Assembly (NCBI GenBank): GCA_964291405.2
Contig: OZ219926.1
Location: 832,001 to 896,000, forward strand
Direction: 5' to 3'
DNA from: Thermodesulfobacteriota bacterium
GTDB lineage: Bacteria; Desulfobacterota; Binatia; Bin18
Length of the DNA stretch: 64,000 nucleotides
A program made the translations under genes and the position numbers. Below are positions 1 through 8,939 of this stretch, piece after piece. Under the pieces are notes generated by a model. It was not told the origin of the DNA and searched no databases. It worked only from the letters and a program-made list of their open reading frames with translations. Numbering within the stretch: the first letter of the stretch is position 1; every line of letters starts with the position of its first letter.

Positions 1-1153
1 GGCCTTCGTCGATCTCATCCTTGGTGATGATCAGCGGCGGGATAAACCGTAGCACTTTTCCCGCGGCGCAATTGATCATCACCCCTTCGGTCAGACAGGT
101 GTCCGCAATTTTTCCGCCTTCGCGGTCGAGTTCAGCTCCCAGAATCAGCCCTTTTCCGCGCACATCGGTAATAAAGGAAAACTTTTCTTTCAACGCCTGA
201 AGCCGGCTCAGAAAATAGGCTCCCATCTCGGCACAATTGTCGAGCACGCCCTCGTTGAGCAGGGTTTCAACCACCGCAATCCCGGAGGCGCAGGCAATCG
301 CATTGCCGCCAAACGTTGAGCCGTGCGTTCCGAGGCTGAGGCTTTCCGCCACCTCGGCTGTTGTCAGCATGGCCCCAATCGGCACCCCTCCGCCCAGCGC
401 CTTGGCGAGCGGCATAATATCCGGAGTCACCCCTTCGTGTTCATGGGCGAAGAGTTTTCCTGTCCGCCCCATGCCGACTTGCACCTCGTCAAAAATGAGC
501 AGCAGCCCGTTGCGGTCGCACAACTCGCGCAATCCTCTAAGATAGCCGTCGGGCGGCACGACCACCCCGCCTTCGCCCTGAATCGGCTCGACTAAAATCG
601 CGACGGTCTTATCCGACAGGGCCGCTTCCATGGCCGCCAGGTCCCCAAACGGCACATAGCGGAAGCCCTCTAGCACCGGCCCGAACCCCTGGCGCACTTT
701 TTCCTGGCCGGTGGCGGCAATCGTGGCCATAGTCCGACCATGAAACGAGCCCAGCGTGGAGAGAATCTCGTAGCGCCCCTCACGCTTATCCACCCCATAT
801 TTACGCGCTAGTTTAATCGAGGCTTCGTTGGCCTCGGCTCCGCTATTACAAAAGAACACCCTATCGGCAAACGAATGAGTACACAGCAGTTCGGCCAGAC
901 GCGCCTGCGGAATAATATAATGCAGATTGGAAATATGCGTGAGCGTCGCAACCTGCTCCTGCACGGCTTTGACCACCGCAGGGTGACATTGCCCCAGGTT
1001 CATCACCGCCAGGCTGGCAAAAAAATCCAAATAGGACTTCCCCTCCGCATCCCACAGGCGGCAGCCTTCACCCCGGACAAAGGCAACCGGAAAACGGGCA
1101 TAGGTGGAACATAGATATTGATTATTCAGGTCAACGATTTCCTGGCTGTTCAT
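1..1153 (-). CDS. argD: Acetylornithine aminotransferase (class III PLP enzyme); 3' end runs off the window
   Basis: Read by hand on the minus strand from ATG at 1153: MNSQEIVDLNNQYLCSTYARFPVAFVRGEGCRLWDAEGKSYLDFFASLAVMNLGQCHP, then FFCNSGAEANEA, SFHGRT, EPIQGEGG, FDEVQVGMGRTG, LAKALGGG. It follows argB. It is absent from the ORF track because there is no stop codon in the window. Confidence 0.93.
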   Translation of the reverse strand, partial: MNSQEIVDLNNQYLCSTYARFPVAFVRGEGCRLWDAEGKSYLDFFASLAVMNLGQCHPAVVKAVQEQVATLTHISNLHYIIPQARLAELLCTHSFADRVFFCNSGAEANEASIKLARKYGVDKREGRYEILSTLGSFHGRTMATIAATGQEKVRQGFGPVLEGFRYVPFGDLAAMEAALSDKTVAILVEPIQGEGGVVVPPDGYLRGLRELCDRNGLLLIFDEVQVGMGRTGKLFAHEHEGVTPDIMPLAKALGGGVPIGAMLTTAEVAESLSLGTHGSTFGGNAIACASGIAVVETLLNEGVLDNCAEMGAYFLSRLQALKEKFSFITDVRGKGLILGAELDREGGKIADTCLTEGVMINCAAGKVLRFIPPLIITKDEIDEG

Positions 1154-1289
1154 ATGCTTTTCCCCCTGGCTGCTTTGTCAAAAAATCACGCTTTCACAGT
1201 CGCAGTGCACTCACACCTCTTGCTCTTCTTGCAGAAGTTCACCCCTATACACCTGCACCCTATTTTTGCCAAGAGCGCGTGGAAAAGCG

Positions 1290-2171
1290 TTACGCCGTGT
1301 GCCGAACCACTTCGGTCCCGATACCGGCTTTGGTCAGAATTTCCAGCAGGATAGCGTGACGCACACGGCCATCAAGAACATGCGCCTTTTGCGCCCCGCC
1401 ATGCAGCGCGGCAATACAGCACTCGACCTTAGGGATCATCCCTGCGTGAATGACGCCCTCGGCGATGAGTGCCTCAGCTTCAGCCGCGGTCAGTGTCGGC
1501 AGGAGCTTATCGTCTTTATCCTGAATCCCTGCGACATCGGTCAGTAAAATAAACTTTTCGGCTTGGAGGGCTTCGGCTATTTTCCCGGCAACCAGATCGG
1601 CGTTGATATTATACGTTTCACCATTCAGGCCAATGCCGATCGGGGCAATCACCGGAATAAAGTCCTGGGCGGTCAGGGCATGAATCACGCGCGGATTCAC
1701 GCCTATAATCTCTCCCACATGACCAATATCACGTTGCACGGTCCGTCCATTTTCTTCCGTATCGACCAGCATTTGACGCGCCACGACGAACTCGCCATCT
1801 TTGCCGGTAATCCCAACCGCGGGGTTTCCCTGTTGATTGATGAGGGTCACAATCTCCTTATTGACCCGGTTGAGCACCATCTCGACCACTTCCATAGTCG
1901 GATCATCGGTCACGCGCATACCGCGTACAAAGTGGGAGGGAATATCCAAGCGTTTGAGCAACTGCCCAATCTGCGGGCCACCACCGTGGACGACAACCGG
2001 ATTCATACCCACGTATTTGAGGAGGACGATATCCTCGGCAAAGTGTTGCTTGAGGTCCTCGTCCTGCATGGCGTGCCCGCCATATTTGATAACAATGGTC
2101 TTGCCGGAAAAACGACGAATAAACGGCAAGGCTTCCAGCAGGATATCGGCCTTTTGAATGAGTTCGTCCAT
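1290..2171 (-). CDS. argB: Acetylglutamate kinase
   Basis: VIKYGGHAM, VVVHGGGPQI, GMRVTD, YNINAD, LLTDV, GMIPKV motifs; ATG at 2171 preferred as start. Confidence 0.96.
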   Translation of the reverse strand: MDELIQKADILLEALPFIRRFSGKTIVIKYGGHAMQDEDLKQHFAEDIVLLKYVGMNPVVVHGGGPQIGQLLKRLDIPSHFVRGMRVTDDPTMEVVEMVLNRVNKEIVTLINQQGNPAVGITGKDGEFVVARQMLVDTEENGRTVQRDIGHVGEIIGVNPRVIHALTAQDFIPVIAPIGIGLNGETYNINADLVAGKIAEALQAEKFILLTDVAGIQDKDDKLLPTLTAAEAEALIAEGVIHAGMIPKVECCIAALHGGAQKAHVLDGRVRHAILLEILTKAGIGTEVVRHTA

Positions 2172-2287
2172 ATGCACATCCGTGCTCAGGCATACTGCCT
2201 AGTGCGCTCTGTTTCACTGTGTAGTGTGACTTGCCCTGGGTCAAGAGCGGCTTGGTTTCTAGTTTCACTCGACTATAATGGCAGGCC

Positions 2288-3190
2288 ATGCGGTCACGTC
2301 TATTTCTTTGGCCAATGTATTTCGCCGGCTTCCTCTATGTGAGCAGTCTTGGGTACCCGGCTGAGGCAGGGGCCGACCTCTATCGTTGGACCGACACAAG
2401 GGGGATTATTCACATTGTGGATGAAAGCGTAGAGATTCCTGAAACCTACCAGGATCGGGTAAAAATCTATCGCTCTTTCTCCTCAGACGTTGCCTCATCA
2501 CCGGCCCTCATCACCCCGAGCCGCGAGTATTCCGCCCTCAGCCAGGGAGCCTTTGCCCAAAAAATTGCCGTAGACTTTGGCCTGATCAAAGACGGGAGCA
2601 TCGACGCCTTGGGCCCGCTGAACGGAGTCGGCATCCAGCCCGCGGGAGGCTGGCAGGTGAGCCGCAACCTTGACCCGGACAGTGTAGACCAACTGGCGGC
2701 GGCGGTCCGACGGGCTGCAACAGCCCAGCGCCTGGCGCTTTCCGCCGATGGAGCCGAAGCCATTATCCGCCAGGCCGCGATTGACTTTATTCCGCCACCA
2801 CCGCCACCCGAGCCCGTAGTCCAGGCAGAGCCGGACGTTGTCATTGTCAAACAGCCCCCGCGTATTATCGAAGTCATCCGCGAGCCCTATTACGTTGAAA
2901 CGCCAGTGGTAGTGCATGCCCTGCGCCCTTATCGTCCGTACCGGCGGCTCCGTCGTTTCCCCCGTCAGGAGCGCAGAGAGCGAGAGGTTTACCGCCCGCT
3001 GCATACGATTCGGCGCCGCAATCCCTCAATTCGTCCTTCCAAACCGTCCATCAGCCGTAAGACTCCTGGCCACTCGATTCGTCCATCCGGGCCATCCATC
3101 AGTCGCAGGCCTCTCAGCCACTCGATTCGGCGCGGCCCCTTTATCGCCAACACAACAACCCAGGCCACAGCACCGTTTATCCAGCGGTAA
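2288..3190 (+). CDS. Exported DUF4124-like protein with a Pro-rich linker and an Arg/Ser/Pro-rich C-terminal tail
   Basis: Signal-peptide-like N-terminus, then ADLYRWTDTRGIIHIVD...IPETYQDRV (DUF4124-like), PPPPPPEP and a low-complexity basic tail. Confidence 0.7.
   Translation: MRSRLFLWPMYFAGFLYVSSLGYPAEAGADLYRWTDTRGIIHIVDESVEIPETYQDRVKIYRSFSSDVASSPALITPSREYSALSQGAFAQKIAVDFGLIKDGSIDALGPLNGVGIQPAGGWQVSRNLDPDSVDQLAAAVRRAATAQRLALSADGAEAIIRQAAIDFIPPPPPPEPVVQAEPDVVIVKQPPRIIEVIREPYYVETPVVVHALRPYRPYRRLRRFPRQERREREVYRPLHTIRRRNPSIRPSKPSISRKTPGHSIRPSGPSISRRPLSHSIRRGPFIANTTTQATAPFIQR
3026..3133 (+). repeat. 48-bp (16-aa) imperfect tandem repeat, about 2.2 copies, inside the CDS
   Basis: SIRPSKPSISRKTPGH / SIRPSGPSISRRPLSH / SIRR; the DNA units begin tcaattcgtcc, tcgattcgtcc, tcgattcggcg. 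Confidence 0.75.
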
Positions 3191-3213
3191 GTTTCTCAGG
3201 GAGTTGTAGAAAA

Positions 3214-4065
3214 ATGGAAGAGCAGCCCGCAGTCATCCCCCCCGTACCGCTCGCCCTTGAAGGCTCGGCCATACTCCACCAGATGTTTCGCGTACGCTGG
3301 GCGGACTGGAGGGCCGTATCCGCCAGGGCTCAGAACGAAATTCTGGACGACGCAGTGCGAGCCTTTAGCACCATGGAAGCGGAAAGCTCCGAACAAACCG
3401 GGCTCTTTTCCCTCTTGGGGCATAAGGGTGACCTCATGCTTGTCCATTTTCGACCGACCTTTGATGCTGTGAACGAGGCAGAGTTGCAGATCGCAAGGCT
3501 CGGGCTGAGCGATTTTCTTGAGCCCACGACCTCGTACGTCTCGGTGGTCGAGCTTGGGCTGTATGAAGCCTCGATCCACCTGTACCGCAGCCTGGCCGAA
3601 CAGGGCCTCCAGCCGGGCACGGCCGAATGGCGTGAGGCCGTGGAGAAAGAGCTCGCACAAAAGCGCGAAGCGATGGCCAGTCGGGTCTGGCCGTCCATTC
3701 CGGCCCGCCGCTATCTCAGCTTCTATCCTATGGACAAGAAACGCGGCGAGGACAAAAACTGGTATCAACTTTCCATCACCGCCCGGCAGCAGATGATGCG
3801 CGAGCACGGCATGATCGGCCGTCGCTACGCCGGGCAGGTCACCCAGATCATTTCGGGCTCAATTGGTTTCGACGACTGGGAGTGGGGTGTGGACCTTTTT
3901 GCCGATGATCCCCTGGTGTTCAAAAAACTGGTCTATGAGATGCGCTTTGACGAGGCTAGCGCCGTGTATGGGCTTTTTGGGTCGTTCTATCTCGGGCTGC
4001 GTTTTCCGGCCGCGGAACTCGGCAGTCTGCTGAACGGACGTGCTCCGGCCTTTCGGCAGGAGTAA
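3214..4065 (+). CDS. hemQ: Coproheme decarboxylase (HemQ/ChdC), chlorite dismutase-like family
   Basis: GHKGDLM, SYVSVVELGLY, FYPMDK, MREHGMIGRRYAG, GFDDWEWGVDLFA, EMRFDEASA motifs. Confidence 0.88.
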   Translation: MEEQPAVIPPVPLALEGSAILHQMFRVRWADWRAVSARAQNEILDDAVRAFSTMEAESSEQTGLFSLLGHKGDLMLVHFRPTFDAVNEAELQIARLGLSDFLEPTTSYVSVVELGLYEASIHLYRSLAEQGLQPGTAEWREAVEKELAQKREAMASRVWPSIPARRYLSFYPMDKKRGEDKNWYQLSITARQQMMREHGMIGRRYAGQVTQIISGSIGFDDWEWGVDLFADDPLVFKKLVYEMRFDEASAVYGLFGSFYLGLRFPAAELGSLLNGRAPAFRQE

Positions 4066-4123
4066 GGGCCAGGTGCGTCGCTCGCTCTTTCTTTTCCGTT
4101 GCCGATCATTACAATAGCGGGCC

Positions 4124-5269
4124 ATGACAAGCGCAGATGTCGTCGTTCTTGGGGCTGGCGTAATCGGCAGTTCCATTGCCCACACCTTTGCCCGACACCA
4201 ATACAAGACCATCCTGGTCGATAAACAACAGCCGGGCCAGGAAGCGTCAGCCGCCGCGGCCGGGATTCTGGCCGTTTCCAGCGGACGCTCGAAGCGTGGC
4301 CCGATGTATCAACTCAAGAAGGCCAGCCAGGCGCTCTATCCTGCGCTGATTCAAGAGATTCAGCAGGCAACCGGTATTGACGTTGAATATCAGACCGTCG
4401 GAGTTTTCTGCCTCATCCGCAACGACGCCGACGAAAAAAAATATCGTAAGCTGTACGAGCTCAGACAAGAACAGGGCCATCCCGTCACCTGGCTGTCAGC
4501 CGAGGCGCTCCGGCAGGCGGAACCAGCTCTGAGCCCAGACCTGCGCGGAGCCGTCCATTTTTCGAGCGATCATCATCTGCATAATGGCAAGCTGGCCACC
4601 GCTTGGGCACTGGCGGCTGAAAAATGTGGCGCGCAACTAAGAACTGGCATAACGGTGACCGAGGTTCGCCGGACAGGGGGACGTGTCCAATCTGTCCGTA
4701 TTGGCGACGAGTGGGTTGAAGCTGGGACGGTAGTGATAGCCACGGGCTCTTGGTCGCGTCAGGTCGGGGAGCTGTTTGGTATCGCGATTCCCGTCGAGCC
4801 GGCCAAAGGTCAGATGTTGGCCGTTCGCGCCACTCAGCTCAACCACGTGATCTCGTGCGATGAGCACTATCTGGTCCCACGCAAAAACGGCGAGGTCATT
4901 ATTGGCTCAACCGTCGAGTATGCCGGGCATACAAAAGACGTCACGCTGGATACGATTCAGAATTTCATTGACCGTTCAGAAGCGCTTGTGCCAGGGATCA
5001 GCAAGGCTCCGCTCAGTCGATTTTGGGCCGGATTACGACCCTATTCACCGACGCGTCGGCCCATTCTGTGCCGGGCGCCCGACATCGACAACGTTGTTCT
5101 GGCTACCGGTCATCATCGCAACGGCATTGTCCTGGCCCCTATTACCGGCAAATTGATTTACGAGCTGATCACAACGGACCAACCCTCACTGGACCTGACT
5201 CCCTTCGCCCTGCCCAGGGAACCCCTTCCGCCACCGGGTCCGGACGAATCACCCGATGAGGCAGACTGA
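4124..5269 (+). CDS. thiO: Glycine oxidase ThiO / D-amino-acid oxidase family FAD enzyme
   Basis: GAGVIG FAD motif, EASAAAAGIL, PAKGQM, YLVPR, WAGLRP, GHHRNGIVLAP. Confidence 0.8.
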   Translation: MTSADVVVLGAGVIGSSIAHTFARHQYKTILVDKQQPGQEASAAAAGILAVSSGRSKRGPMYQLKKASQALYPALIQEIQQATGIDVEYQTVGVFCLIRNDADEKKYRKLYELRQEQGHPVTWLSAEALRQAEPALSPDLRGAVHFSSDHHLHNGKLATAWALAAEKCGAQLRTGITVTEVRRTGGRVQSVRIGDEWVEAGTVVIATGSWSRQVGELFGIAIPVEPAKGQMLAVRATQLNHVISCDEHYLVPRKNGEVIIGSTVEYAGHTKDVTLDTIQNFIDRSEALVPGISKAPLSRFWAGLRPYSPTRRPILCRAPDIDNVVLATGHHRNGIVLAPITGKLIYELITTDQPSLDLTPFALPREPLPPPGPDESPDEAD

Positions 5270-5361
5270 AGTCCGTATCGCATTGCCACGTCCACAGCAG
5301 TGTGCGATAATTCGTTCCATTCAGGCAGAGGGAAAACCATATTCCGGAGGGAGGAAATTTC

Positions 5362-5565
5362 ATGGACGAGGTCAAAATTCGAGTGCTTAAGAACGGGCCA
5401 TACGAGGTCAAAGGCACAGTCACGCTCACGGACCAGAAGCGCAACCCGTATACGGTTGAGGACGACGCCATTTATCTGTGCCGCTGCGGTCAATCGGCAA
5501 ACAAGCCGTTCTGCGACGGCACCCACACCGACGCCGGCTTTAAGGCCGAAGAAACAGCCGAATAG
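5362..5565 (+). CDS. CDGSH iron-sulfur domain protein
   Basis: NGPYEVKG...LCRCGQSANKPFCDGTH; RBS GGAGG upstream. Confidence 0.93.
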   Translation: MDEVKIRVLKNGPYEVKGTVTLTDQKRNPYTVEDDAIYLCRCGQSANKPFCDGTHTDAGFKAEETAE

Positions 5566-5577
5566 CGTCTTAAGAAA

Positions 5578-6045
5578 ATGCAAATACGCCTTCTTACTAC
5601 ATTTGCATTTGTTTTCTTCATCGGCTTCGGTCTGTACGGAGACATTGAGGCAGCCTGCAGTTCCCAGAACATCGGGGAAACGACCTTCCATTCATGCTCT
5701 GACGGCTCGACAGGCGTTTCCCGTAACCTTGGTGGTACCGCCTTTCACACTTGGTCTGACGGCTCGGTCGGCGCCTCTCAAAACTTTGGTGGTACCGCCT
5801 TTCATACTTGGTCTGATGGCTCGGTCGGGAGTTCTCAAAGCCTTGGCGGTACCACCTTCCATAATTGGTCCGACGGTGCGGCCGGCGCTTCTCGCAACCT
5901 TGGCGATACTACCTTTCACACTTGGTCTGATGGCTCGGTCGGGAGTTCTCAAAGCCTTGGCAATACTACCTTTCACACGTGGTCTGGCGGCTCGGCAGGC
6001 ACTTCTCGCAACCTTAGCGGTACCACCTTTCACAATCGGGATTAG
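5578..6045 (+). CDS. Secreted protein made of 19-aa tandem repeats, function unknown
   Basis: Hydrophobic signal peptide ending IEAA-C, then about 6.7 repeats of S(Q/R)xLGxTxFHxWSDGxxGx. Confidence 0.8.
   Translation: MQIRLLTTFAFVFFIGFGLYGDIEAACSSQNIGETTFHSCSDGSTGVSRNLGGTAFHTWSDGSVGASQNFGGTAFHTWSDGSVGSSQSLGGTTFHNWSDGAAGASRNLGDTTFHTWSDGSVGSSQSLGNTTFHTWSGGSAGTSRNLSGTTFHNRD
5662..6042 (+). repeat. 57-bp coding tandem repeat, about 6.7 copies
   Basis: Units SQNIGETTFHSCSDGSTGV, SRNLGGTAFHTWSDGSVGA, SQNFGGTAFHTWSDGSVGS, SQSLGGTTFHNWSDGAAGA, SRNLGDTTFHTWSDGSVGS, SQSLGNTTFHTWSGGSAGT, SRNLSGTTFHNRD. Confidence 0.93.
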
Positions 6046-6680
6046 TCGTGCTTTAGACCCTTATCAAGCTCGGGCATCCTCATATTTTTCGATGTTGTCT
6101 GTTGAGCCGTATCGCTCAGCACCTGAACCGCTCGCACACCGGCCCCGTAGCGATAGACCATTTCCCCCCCCCAATACCCCTGGATCGTCAGACCGATTAA
6201 TCCCATGCCGGCCAGGATGATATACAGGAGCGGCAATTGCTCGCGAATTTGTAACCGCGCCACAAGCAGGATGATAAAAAATCCGAGCAGCACGTATCCG
6301 CCATATTCGTGGTAGAAGAGTAGTTCCCCGACTTGGGGATCAAAAACACTGCCGGGCTGTGGGAGCTGCTGTTCGATCCAGCCACTCAGGACAGCCAGGC
6401 CCACCCCGCCAACGCCGGCGAGAAAACCGATCTTGCCGGTCTGTTGCCAGTCTCGCCGTCCGCCAAGGCTTCCACCACAGTCAAGAAGCACACCAAAAAC
6501 AACCAGGGCAATGGCAAAATGAACGCACACGGGATGCAGCAGGACGATGAGACCGGCGTCAAGCGGGGGTACTGGAACGCCGTCATCGGCCCAACCGAAA
6601 CCGACAGTCAGCACGCAGCTGGCGCCGAGGATGCAGCATACCTGCCTCCAGAGTTTCCCGTTTTTCATGGCGCTGGGCAT
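6042..6680 (-). CDS. DUF2231-like integral membrane protein
   Basis: HPVCVHFAIAL, several TM helices, conserved His (YHEYGG), GYWGGEMVYRYGAGV; start uncertain. Confidence 0.8.
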   Translation of the reverse strand: MPSAMKNGKLWRQVCCILGASCVLTVGFGWADDGVPVPPLDAGLIVLLHPVCVHFAIALVVFGVLLDCGGSLGGRRDWQQTGKIGFLAGVGGVGLAVLSGWIEQQLPQPGSVFDPQVGELLFYHEYGGYVLLGFFIILLVARLQIREQLPLLYIILAGMGLIGLTIQGYWGGEMVYRYGAGVRAVQVLSDTAQQTTSKNMRMPELDKGLKHD

Positions 6681-6756
6681 CTGCGTATCGATTTCCCTCC
6701 CCCGGTCTCGATGCTAGACTATGTTGAAACGTACGCGGATACTACAGGAGGTAGGA

Positions 6757-7134
6757 GTGCCACCGTCTGAGATGCCCCCTTCAGTCACTATTGCCCAATT
6801 GGGAGAGATCGAGCCGGGAAAGACCAAAAAATTTATGCTGTCAGTCGAGGGACGAGAGACCGAATGTTTTGTGGTGAACTACGATGGCCAGTACTTCGCG
6901 TACATCAACCGTTGTGCGCACGTGCCCATGACCATGGACTGGATCGATAACCAATTCTTGACCGAAGACGGTCGCTATATCCTGTGCGCAACGCATGGGG
7001 CGGCTTTTGAGCCGGATACGGGAGAATGTGTGTTTGGTCCGCCGTGCGGAAAATTTTTAGTCCGCGTGCCGCTCACCATAGACGGCGACCGGATTCTGGC
7101 TGGTCAGCCGATTGAAGATGAGATAATCGACTGA
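6757..7134 (+). CDS. Rieske [2Fe-2S] ferredoxin
   Basis: NRCAH...CATHGAAF; GTG at 6757 follows AGGAGG. Confidence 0.9.
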   Translation: MPPSEMPPSVTIAQLGEIEPGKTKKFMLSVEGRETECFVVNYDGQYFAYINRCAHVPMTMDWIDNQFLTEDGRYILCATHGAAFEPDTGECVFGPPCGKFLVRVPLTIDGDRILAGQPIEDEIID

Positions 7135-7202
7135 TTCGTTGCCCCCGTCGAGCCGTCGGGAGCTGGGGGTAGACTATTGACACCCGCTTCCGCACTCAGC
7201 CG

Positions 7203-7454
7203 TTATTCCCACTCGTCACCGAAGTGGGCGCGTAGCAGGCGTTGTTTGAGATAGTCCAGACTACCAAGGTCTTCGATGATATCGCCGCCGGTATCATAAA
7301 AGAAAATCTCACCGCGCTTATTGCGTCCGATCGCCACCAGCCATTCGAGCTCATCGCGATCTTCCAGCAAGTAATTGATGGTCTGTGAGACCCCTTTGGC
7401 AGGGATCAGCGTGACTTTTGAAGAGTGTGGTTTTTCTTGTGTGTTTGATGGCAT
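7203..7454 (-). CDS. Small hypothetical protein
   Basis: 83-aa ORF with normal composition and GGAG RBS, downstream of rlmD; no family recognised. Confidence 0.65.
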   Translation of the reverse strand: MPSNTQEKPHSSKVTLIPAKGVSQTINYLLEDRDELEWLVAIGRNKRGEIFFYDTGGDIIEDLGSLDYLKQRLLRAHFGDEWE

Positions 7455-7527
7455 ATTCTATCTCCACCGAAGCGCTTTTCCAGGTGCGGTACGGGGATGT
7501 TGCAGGAAGCATAGGAGGCTGTTTTCA

Positions 7528-8835
7528 TCAAGTCAATACAGCAATCGCGATTGTTTCAACGTGGTAGGTATGGGGGAAAAGGTCGACGGGCTGGAGGCAC
7601 TCAACCCGGTATCCCAATTGGCCGAGACGGTGCAGATCACGGGCGAGTGTCGTGGGGTCGCACGAGACATAGACCACCTTTTGAATCTTCAGTCGAGGGA
7701 TATCGTCGAGGCTATCGGCGGCTCCCGCCCGAGGCGGGTCCAGCACCAGGATATCAGCCTCTACCTTGCGCTGGACTAATGTTTGCAGCCCGACTCGGGC
7801 CGAGGCATGAACAAAGGTCACATTGTCCAGCCCCGTCCGGACAACGTTCTCGCGAGCGTCGGCAAGCGCATGCGGGTCCTGTTCGATGCCGATGAGCGCG
7901 CTGACCCGCCTGGCAATCGGCAGGCTCAGATTACCGGCGCCCGTATGACATTCAATCACTTTTTGTGACTCATTAAAATCGCTCAGCCGAAGAAGAGCGG
8001 CGATCAGGAGTCGGTTGCCCGCAGGGTTGACCTGCGTAAACCCGCCCCGCTTCACCTCCAGAATCAGGTCGTCAACGCCCAGGTCCAGCACAATACGGGT
8101 CTCACCCCACACGCGGCGCCAGCCGCGGCCAAAGAGTATCAACCCGGCCACATCGTCGTGTCTGGCGACAAAGGCCGTGCATTCTTCCTCATCATCGGCC
8201 TGAAAATGCCCTTGCGCATTCCCGATCAGAACCACCCCGCCGGTCGCCGCCCGGAGCGGGTCGCTCGTGATCAGCTCGATGCGTCGTACGATGGTCCGTA
8301 ACCGGGTCAGCCAGGCGCGGGCGCGCGCCAAATGCGTCGCACAGTCCTCTCCGGCAATGAGACAGTCCCCGAGTTCGACCAACTCGTGCGACTGGGACTG
8401 ATAAAAGCCGAGCCGGGTAGGCGGTTCGGTCCGCAGACGGATACGATGGCGATAGCGCCACTCCTGCGGACTGGGAAGAATCGGGAGTACGGGCGGGTCC
8501 TCCACACCTCCAATACGCCGCATATGCTCTCGAACGAGCGCCTCCTTGGCCCTGAGTTGTTCCGCATAGGTCACATGCTGCCACGGGCAACCACCGCAGC
8601 GCGGCACATAGCGACACGGCGGCATCCGCCGGGCCGGGCCAGGTTGCCGGACAGCGACAAGGTGGCCGTGTGCGTACCGTTTTTTTTCTTCGGTCAGGAC
8701 AACATCCACCCGGTCCCCAGGGGCCGTCTGCGGGATAAAGACGACTTTCCCTCCGTCTTTGCCGTTCACCCGGCCGACGCCCGCCGGACCGTAGGACAGC
8801 CTGTCAATTGAGAGCGGGATGGGAACCGAGGGCAT
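7528..8835 (-). CDS. rlmD: 23S rRNA (uracil-C5)-methyltransferase, RlmD/RumA family
   Basis: TRAM domain, CxxxxxCGGC Fe-S motif, FTQVN, LDPPRAG, YVSCDPTTLARD, DLFPHTYHVE. Confidence 0.9.
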   Translation of the reverse strand: MPSVPIPLSIDRLSYGPAGVGRVNGKDGGKVVFIPQTAPGDRVDVVLTEEKKRYAHGHLVAVRQPGPARRMPPCRYVPRCGGCPWQHVTYAEQLRAKEALVREHMRRIGGVEDPPVLPILPSPQEWRYRHRIRLRTEPPTRLGFYQSQSHELVELGDCLIAGEDCATHLARARAWLTRLRTIVRRIELITSDPLRAATGGVVLIGNAQGHFQADDEEECTAFVARHDDVAGLILFGRGWRRVWGETRIVLDLGVDDLILEVKRGGFTQVNPAGNRLLIAALLRLSDFNESQKVIECHTGAGNLSLPIARRVSALIGIEQDPHALADARENVVRTGLDNVTFVHASARVGLQTLVQRKVEADILVLDPPRAGAADSLDDIPRLKIQKVVYVSCDPTTLARDLHRLGQLGYRVECLQPVDLFPHTYHVETIAIAVLT

Positions 8836-8939
8836 GCGACCTTCAACTTGGGCTTTTTCTTTATCGGACGGCCACTCACCCACAGACTGCGAGCAACTGG
8901 TATTCCTGGCTTATGTTAATATGTGGTAGGAGACAAGCC

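Noticed and set aside
2178-2287. ArgR box upstream of argB
   Set aside because: Only a weak CACT-N4-AGTG symmetry, which does not match the AT-rich ARG-box consensus.
5662-6042. Possible CRISPR array or other non-coding repeat
   Set aside because: The units are contiguous 57-bp copies with no unique spacers, they preserve the reading frame and lie in a signal-peptide ORF; no cas genes are present.
5300-6220. 306-aa alternative-frame ORF across the CDGSH and repeat genes
   Set aside because: Shadow frame kept open by the repeat; it overlaps two better-supported genes.
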